Source: Octopus vulgaris (Eukaryota). Taken from it: 64,000 nt of DNA. A program made the translations under genes and the position numbers. Location: positions 216,008,001 through 216,072,000 of the forward strand of contig OX597814.1 in NCBI GenBank assembly GCA_951406725.2. The letters run 5' to 3'. Within the stretch, counting starts at the first letter, position 1; the number at the start of each line of letters is the position of its first letter. Shown here piece by piece: positions 50,801-59,800 of the stretch. Below the pieces are notes generated by a model that worked only from the letters and a program-made list of their open reading frames with translations, had not been told where the DNA came from and ran no database searches.

Positions 50801-53800
50801 CCACCAACATGGTGTTAGTGAAGTTAAACATGTGGTAATGGTGTCTTCATGTAGCTGAAGTTCTACTGTTTTTTTCTATCCAGTTACCATCATGGTTAGA
50901 ACCGTTGAACCTTGTGTTTGCAGTCAAAATGTCTATCAAGAATGTTGAATTTGAGGCGTTTTTGTTACATCCTGTTTGTCCAAAGCTATTTCAGGAACAA
51001 ACAGGAGTACAAGGTAATTATTTTTACATTGTAAGGAAGAATGAGAGGAAACCTGACAATTCAGACCGTGGTCCTTCATAACAAAGAAAAGAGAAAAGAT
51101 TCAAAGAGAAAAAGGTTCTCAAACAATTCTACAGTGGACAGAAATTTCCTTCATTTTTTTGTTACAGTGGAAAGGCATAAATATTATATTTTGGTATTAA
51201 TACTGCTATTATATTATTATTTTTAATAGACCTTCTGGCTATTAATTATCTTTAATAGACCTTCTGGCTATTAATTACTATCTGATGTACCCAGTAATTC
51301 CCAGGAAAGCAGGGCTTATTCCTTGGTTTCATTCTCATAATTGTTTCACTAATCCAGTAACAACAATACAATGTATGTAGCCCTTAAAACGGTTTTTGTG
51401 TATTTACACAGGATCTTGTTTTTAAGAATTCCTAATAAGTTATGAATACCCAAATTGTGAAGTCAGTTATATAATAACATGAAATTAATTACCCAATAGT
51501 AAGAATTCAAATAAAGTAGCCCTGAACAGGGCTTTAACCCCTTACCCGGCAGAAACGAATATATGCGTTTTGACCGAAATCGTTTTTTTCTATCTCTGGC
51601 GAGTTAACTCGTCAAAAGATAGACTCGCCAAAATCAACAGCAAACGAGTTCCTTTGTCTATTATAAACTCTCATTTGACATATACGAGTATATTCGCTCA
51701 CTTTATACGACTGGCAGTGATGATTTCTGCCACCTTTCGCTTGAGTAAGGCATTGAAGACCGAGTATGATTTAGTCACCTGGAGACAGTCGAAGGGTTGG
51801 AAGGCACATTTTATGAATAGAAGTATTCACTTTGTTTTTACGTTGTTTTTTTTTATACCTTTATATTATAACCCCACCATGTCGAGCTCTGATGATGATA
51901 ATTCATTATTTTGTCTCTCTTTTTTGTCATTACTAACAGTTTTGAAGTAATAAAATCAACAGAAGTAAACAATCATGTTTTGATCATTCATTCTAAATTT
52001 GGAAAATAAGATAACCAAATAAAATAACATGATTTTTTGTAAAAGTAATATGATTTATGAAAAAAACAGGTTAACTCGTTTCTGCCCAAAGCGGTAATTT
52101 AAAATCAATATTATTGAATTAAAATTCATAATAAATAAGGTTTGAAATATACCTTGAAATCACCATTCAAAACATAGTAAAATAAAACAATTAAAAAATA
52201 TGTCTGAAAAAATACATTCATTTTCAAAATAATTGTTGGGTAAGGGGTTAATATGTTCCCAGAGTTTATAGAACTTATTAGGAAATACTAATAAGTTATG
52301 TATACTAAAATTGTGAAGCATGTTATGTAATAACAGGCTAATCAGATATGAGATAATAACACTTCAAAGTGAATAACTCTGAAAAAAGCATTTGTGCATT
52401 TACAGAGAATATTACCCTCAGTGGCGCTAGTGTTGTTAAATTCATGAATAAGTCACTAACTGAAATAGGTGGATCTATTGTTTAGGTAAATACTATTTAC
52501 TTGTTTAAGCATTGTACTGGATAAATTGTGAAAATAACTCAAATAGTTCAAATACTAAGAAATAAGCATACTCAATTTGATTTATACCAAATAACTTATG
52601 AACATGAATGGGTTATTTCCCTTGGCTATATTTATATATAAGGATCCCTTTCAGGAGCGAATGGGTTATTTCCCTTGGATGTTTAAAACTAATATATTAG
52701 TTATATGTAGTACTTATAAGAATCCCTTCCAAGGGCCCTATTATCGATTTTTCCAACAATCTAAGTATGTCACTAGTTTTCTAGACATAAATTTTACTCA
52801 CGTGTCAAGTTTCATCAAAATCGATAAAACGATGTAGGAGGAGTTAGATAACAACTCCACAAACAAACACACCCACAGATTTCCACATATGTAGTAGATT
52901 TTTTCTTAATAAATTTGCTGGCTATTAATTATCTTTATTAAGCCTTCTTGTTATTAAATATTTTTAATAAACCTTCTGGCTATTAATTATCTTTAATAAG
53001 TCTTCTGGCTATTAATTATTTTTTATAAGCCTTCTGGCAATTAATTATTTTTGATAAACCTTCTGGCTATTAATTATCTTTAATAAGCCTTCTGGCTATT
53101 AATTATCTTTACTAAGCCTTCTGGCTATTAATTATTTTTAATAAACCTTGTGGCTGTTAACTATTTTTAATAAACCTGCTGGTTAGTAATTATTCTTAAT
53201 AGACCTGGCTATTAATTATTTTTAGTAAACTTGCTGACTATTATTTATTTTTAATAAATTTGCTGGGTATTAATTATTTTAAATAAACCTTCTGGCTATT
53301 AGTTACCTTTAATATGCCTTGTGGTTATTAATTATTTTTGATAAACTTTCTGGCTATTAATTACCTTTAATAAGCCTTGTGGTTGGGCCTGGTGCAGCCT
53401 CCTGGCTTCCCAGACCTCGGTCGAACCATCCAACCCATGCTAGCATGGAAAGCAGAGGTTAAACGATGATGATGATGATGATGATGATGATAATGATAAA
53501 ATCTTCTGGCTTTTAATTATCTTTGTGACTACTGAGGACATGCACAAGCTTGCAAGGAATGAAGATGGTATGATCCGCTGGATGTGTAATGTCAGTGTGC
53601 ATGCACGACAGAGTGTTACTGCCTTGAGAGAAAAGTTGGACCTAAGAAGCATCAGATGTGGTGTGCAAGAGAGACGACTGCGCTGGTATGGTCATATGTT
53701 GCGTTTGGATGTGGACAGCTATGTGAAAAAGAGTCACACCCTAGCAAGAGAGGGAACCTGTGAAAGAAGTAGACCCAGGAAGACCTGGGATGAAGTGGTG

Positions 53801-56800
53801 AAGCACGACTTTCAAATGTGACTGAGACATTTGGAGATATGCTGTGCTTAAGAAGACCCGGCAATGCAAGTGAGACCATAAACATGATCTATGCCAGTGC
53901 AGTATTACCAGCCCATTTAAGAGTAACTTTCAATCATTGGGCAATAAACTGCACTTAGTAAGACCTGTTGAGGCAAGTGAAATCCTTGTCATGGCTGATA
54001 ACAGGACCACCTGATTGGCACCTGTGCCAGTGGTGTATAACAGGCATCATTTGAGCGTGATCATTGCCACTGCCACCTGACTGGCACTCGTGCTGGTAGC
54101 ATTCAAGCGTGGTTGATGCCAGTACCACCTGACTGGCTCCTGTGCTGGTGGCATGTAAAAAGCACCCACTACACTCTCGGAGTGGTTGGCGTTAGGAAGG
54201 GCATCCAGCTGTAGAAATTTTGCCAGATTAGATTGGAGCCTGGTGCAGCCTTCTGGCTTCCCAAACCTCAGTCAAACTGTCCAACCCATGACAGCGTGGA
54301 AAACGGATGTTAAACGACGATGATGATGATGAAACCTGTTTATTAATTAGCTTTAATAAACCTTCTGACAATTAATTATCTTTAATACGCCTTATGGCTA
54401 TTAATTATTTTTAAACTAGGAAACGCACCCATCCTTTGGACAGTTTAAGTTGCTTTGGTGTTATTTTTTCCCCAGTTACTTGAACTACCGAGAAGGTTTA
54501 TGAGTAGCACAGCAATCTATGTTTCCGATTAATCTAGGAACAGAAAATCAAATTGAAGGCTGGTTATTGTGGAGGTCGTTGCACTTTAATGATCATAGAA
54601 CATATGAGTTTGCAAGTGATGCAAAATAGAGCTACTGAAGTGTTTTGGGAGTAGATTACGGATAATGACTACAAAATATAGTTGTTTTTTAAGTATATTT
54701 TGTTCACTCTTATTTTCATGTATATCATATAAACATCTACATCTTTTGGAACATTGTCATTTTATAAGACTTTACTGGCAAATTTTTAAGTCAAAATTTA
54801 TTTATATGAAAGAAAACTATTGGTAACATAACACGAATTGGGCAGAGTTAAAGAATACACACACCATCCGTCTTCCATGTAATCCTAACCCTAAACCCTA
54901 AACCTAGCCCTAAACACTGGGTGTGCATATTATTTACCTTCACCCACATGTTGTTCTAAAAATTACAGTTAAATAAGATTTTTTGGATAAATCTTTTAAA
55001 CTAACATAAACTTTTATTTATGTAAAAACTAACATTTCATTTTCTGAGCTGAGATTCGAAACTGAATCTAAGGATTCTCGCTGACCTGATCCACCACTGG
55101 CCGAACAGGTGTGACAGAAATTTCTTTATCCTGTCAAAATGTGATGGATGGATTTCTAACCTGAGCTGTGTCACTGAAGGTTCAACTGGACAGCAGGTGA
55201 CCTAGATAAGTAGTAAGGACTCCAATTGTATGTCTGTTCTTCTTGCTAGGATGACCATTATAAATAGTTACCTTAGATACAGGACAGATAAGCAGGCAGC
55301 TTGCAACAGGTAAGCAGCCAACAGAGAGCCACATAGTCAGCATGAGCGAATTATGATAGCCAATGACACAGCACAGTAGCAGGACACAAAAAGATAGGAC
55401 AGAAAAACAACACAACTCAACCAAATGTCCAACGCACACACAGACACAAAATATGCCATGCACTCTTTCATCAAATCAACATTCTACTTCTCCTGTTGTT
55501 ATTTTTACTTTGCCACCCCAAAGCTGTTGGTAACTTCATGTAGCAGCCTTCATTGATATTGTAAATTAAACTTTGAGTATCCAACACGTAGATGCAAGTG
55601 TGGATCAAATAAATTATTTAAACTACATTCCTCATTGTTTTACTTTGATGTCGTCCTATCTCCATCGGCGACACCCGACAACATACATTGAACCATCAAC
55701 ATCACATTTCGCTGCCCATACTGCTACAATTTACATGAAAGAAAATTGCCATAAGAGGTAAGATGGAGAGAAGCTTCAGCTAGTGTCCTCACAGGCAAGG
55801 CACATAGATATAAAAATCTTCTGGGAAGGTAACATCGATGGAGTAGGGGTATGTGATAGAGTGCTTAAGCTCAGGCTAGTCTTGCAGAATAGTATAGCTA
55901 CAATTATCTCTGCCTATGCCCCCGCAAGTGGCCCTACCAAATGCTCTGAAGGACCATTTTTATGATACTCTCCTACAGGCTGCCTCAAAGACGAGTGGCA
56001 ATGACCTCATCTTTGCAGCTGGAGATTTTAATAGGTATGTTGGGTGGGAATCCGGTATCTTCACTGGTGTACAGGGGGGGGCATGCTATTGGTTCCTGAA
56101 AAGAAGATGGAACCAGGCTACTGGAGTTTTGTGATGCATGTAACCTTTTAATCTGCAACACTAACTTCAGGAAACCAGATAGCCACCTGATAACCTATCA
56201 ATCAGGTGACTCTGCTAGCCAGATTGATTTCATCCTCACCAGACAGCGGGACACAGGGTTGCTCTTAAATACAAAGACCCTCTCAGGTATGGAATGTACC
56301 CCCAGCATAGACTAGTCATTAGGGACTTTAGACTCGAGGCCAGAAGGATGCCAAGAAGCAGACCAATCCAGAAAAGAAGGATTTGGAAGCTAAAGAACCC
56401 TTCACATGGTCTGAGATTTAGGGATATCCTCATCAAGAAATTTGATGAGAGGGAGGAGGAGCTACAGTCTTCGGACATAGAAGGTAGCTGGAAATTCCTA
56501 CGAGACAGCTTACTGAGTGCCACAGACCAAGTCCACGGATGGAGCAAAGTCCCTTCCAGACCTAGAGTTATGTGGTGGTGGAATTATACAGTAGACAGAG
56601 CCATCAGGACAAAGAAACAGGCCTGGAAGGGTTGGGGTAGCAGGGAACAGTACCAAATAGCCAGAAAGGAGGCTAGGAGACAGGTATATATAGCCAAGGG
56701 TGAAGCAGAAGAGAAGAAGTTGCCAATGTCCAGCAACATAAAGACCAAAGAAATGAAGTATTTCGGATTGCAGCGTGTGAGAGAAAATTGTGATGTCACA

Positions 56801-59800
56801 GGAGAGAAATGTGTCCGCATGGATGATGGTGCACTTGCTTTTAATGATTCCGAAATGAAAGAGGTTTGGAGAAGCCATTATGAAAGACTGCTGAACGTGG
56901 AAAATGAATTGGAGGAGGAGAGCCAGCCAAATGTTGCCACAGTAGAGGGACCAGCTATCCGAATAGACAGCACCCTTGTAGATAAAGCAATTAAGGTTAT
57001 GAAGCCAGGAAAAGCCCCTGGCCCATCAGGAATCACTGCTGAGATGCTTAAAACATCTGGTGGTGTGGGCTATGGCCTAGTCACCTGCATTGTGAACCAG
57101 GTAGTTCATGATGGAGTCATACTGCTAGTTTTATTATATTCTTCACCAATTTCATGAACTAAAGTCCCTCTTTAAAGACATCACAAGATGGCAATGTCCT
57201 TCTGTGAAAGACGCTGTTCAAAAATACTAATATGCATTTTCATGTCTCAGATGTTTCTTTTATTTCAATGTTGGTTTACATTATTTTACTCAATTCTTCT
57301 TCCTTGAATATACACCAATTATGTCAATGCTGCAGCAGCAGCAAGTGAAGGCGCAATGGCCCAGTGGTTAGGGTAGTGGACTCGCGGTTTTGATTCCAAG
57401 GCCGTGCGTTGTGTGTGTTTATTGAGCGAAAACTCCTAAAGTTCCATGAGGCTCCGGCAGGGGTTGTGGCGACCCCTGTTGTACTCTTTCACCCCCAACT
57501 TTCTTTCAGTCTCTCTTCCTGTTTCTTGTCCCCGACTTGCTACGCAACCGCTGAGCCTGGATGCGCATTCATCCATCCATCGATGCTCTCGGTATTGGGG
57601 GTTGACCTGCTTTCTCTTCTGCGGGTCTTACGAATAGCAAAGGACCACGTTTCGGACTTCTCCCACTACAGAGGCGCGATCTTGCGAGCTCTGGGACAAA
57701 GACTGCTTCGCTCAACAAACAAACAAACAAAAGCAGCAGCAGCAGGCCACCACCACCAACCTTATATGGAATAGCATGAAATGTTGGAGAATGCAGTTGA
57801 CAGCTGGTGCATCAAGTATTAGGAGAGGTGAAAATCAAGAGAGGAATCTTCCAGGGGGGACAGCGTGTTCCCACTGATATTCATGCTGGGAATGATCCCC
57901 TTGAGAGAAATACTACAGGAAACAAAGTTCTGGTATTACAGTTCTATATTTAAGAGATGAGGAATTAAGTACATTATTTACATTATTTATATTTGATGGA
58001 TTTTTGTCCTCATCTTGTTTGTTGTTAAAACGTTTCGACTGATATACCCTCTAGCTTTTCATCAGGCATTTTGAGGAAATTTTGAACCTGGGTTCTCATA
58101 CCTAAGGTAGTTGTTGTTGTTATTGTTGTTCAGGTCACTGCTTGGAATCAAACTCGGAATCTTGGGGTTAGTAACCTAAAGCTATTCACTAAGACTGAGA
58201 AAGAAATTGAGAGCTTGATGGCAACTGTGCAGATGATTAGCAAAGATATTGGCATGGAAGTTGAGATCAAGAAATGTGGTGTAATGATTCTCAAAAGGGG
58301 GAGAAATCAGTAAAAGCCATGGGATCAAGCTGGAAAGTGATGAAACTATAAGGGAATTCAGAGAGGAAGAATATAGGTACCTGGGTATCATTGAAAGAGA
58401 TAAGATGAATAAACACGAGATCAAAGAAAAGTTAAGGAAAGAGTATTTGAAGGAAATTTGGCTTGTGCTCCAATTGAAGCTAAATGGCTGCAATAAGATT
58501 AGAGCAATTAACACATGGGCTGTTGCTTTGATGAGATATGGGGCAGGAATAGTATCTTGATAGAAGCATGAATTACAAGAGATAGACCGGAGAACATGTA
58601 AATTAATGACAATGAACAAGAAATTAGAACCCCAAGAGTGATGTGTCAAGGTTGTATGTAAAGGAGGAGGGAAGGACGACAGGGATTGGTATGTTGTGAA
58701 TGGTGTGTCAAGGAAGAGGAGAATAGCCTGGCTTGGTATGTCAAGGGGAATAAAGAAGAAAGGATTGAAGCAGTGAAAATGCAGGGAACCTTAAAAGTGA
58801 ACGCAGCCGTAGATCCAACACGATTTAAGGAAGACTAGAGAAATCAGATGAAGGAAATTTACTAGGACAAGAAAACGCACAGTCAGTTCTTGAAGAATAA
58901 GGATGAGATTAATTGGAATAGAACCTGGCAATGGCTGCAGAAAGGAGACTTAAAAGGGCCTACTGGAGGCATTAGTGTGCAACGCTCAAGAACAAGCTCT
59001 CAGAACAAACTCCTCTAAATATCACATTGATAAAAGCACTGACTTGCCACAGTGTAGGATGTGCTCTGAGAAGAGAGAAAGTATAAGAGAAAGCTGGTGC
59101 CACGTAAAAAGCACCCAGTACACTCTGTAAATTGGTTGGTGTTAGGAAGGGTATCTCAACTGCAGAATCCATACCAAAACAAAGAATGGAACCAGGTTTG
59201 GCTCCTTGCCTTGCCAGTTCCTGTCAAACTGTCCAACCCATGCCAGCATGGAAAACAGGTGATAAATAATGAGCATGATTCTAAGTTTTATTTTCATTTC
59301 TATTTCCTTTGTCTATTGCAGAATATTTTCTTTGTTTTGGTGAATTCCAAGAATATCAACATCAAACAACAAACAACAAATACATCAACCAACCTTTACT
59401 ATTTCTGTGTCTTTAGGATAAACCACAAAGTAAACATCTTTGATCTGGCTTGAATTTTGCTTTGAGTAGTTTTTCACTGCTTCATACATAGTTCTGGGTA
59501 GGTTTTCAATGGGGTACCTCAATTTTCCAGCCCCTAATATAGGAAATGCAAGGCTTTTTGCTCCTCTTCTCTCAGCTTTTCCCAGACAAATGGTTATTAT
59601 TTGAGTCAAGTTTGCCAGAGTCTAAAAAAAATAATTGTTTAGTAATTGATAATGAACATTTTATTAAATTATTTTCTTATTACAGGAAGAAACCATTAAG
59701 TTGTAATAAATATATCCTCCTCTCACAACTCCTCTCACTCCTGCCACTGCTAAACACAACTGTCATTCCTATCACTCTTTAGTCCTGCAAGGGACAAGGC

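Noticed and set aside
56294-57157. Longest ORF (287 aa) as an active or domesticated gene
   Set aside because: LINE linker region without RT; the paralogue at 42398 is frameshifted and the upstream endonuclease is broken
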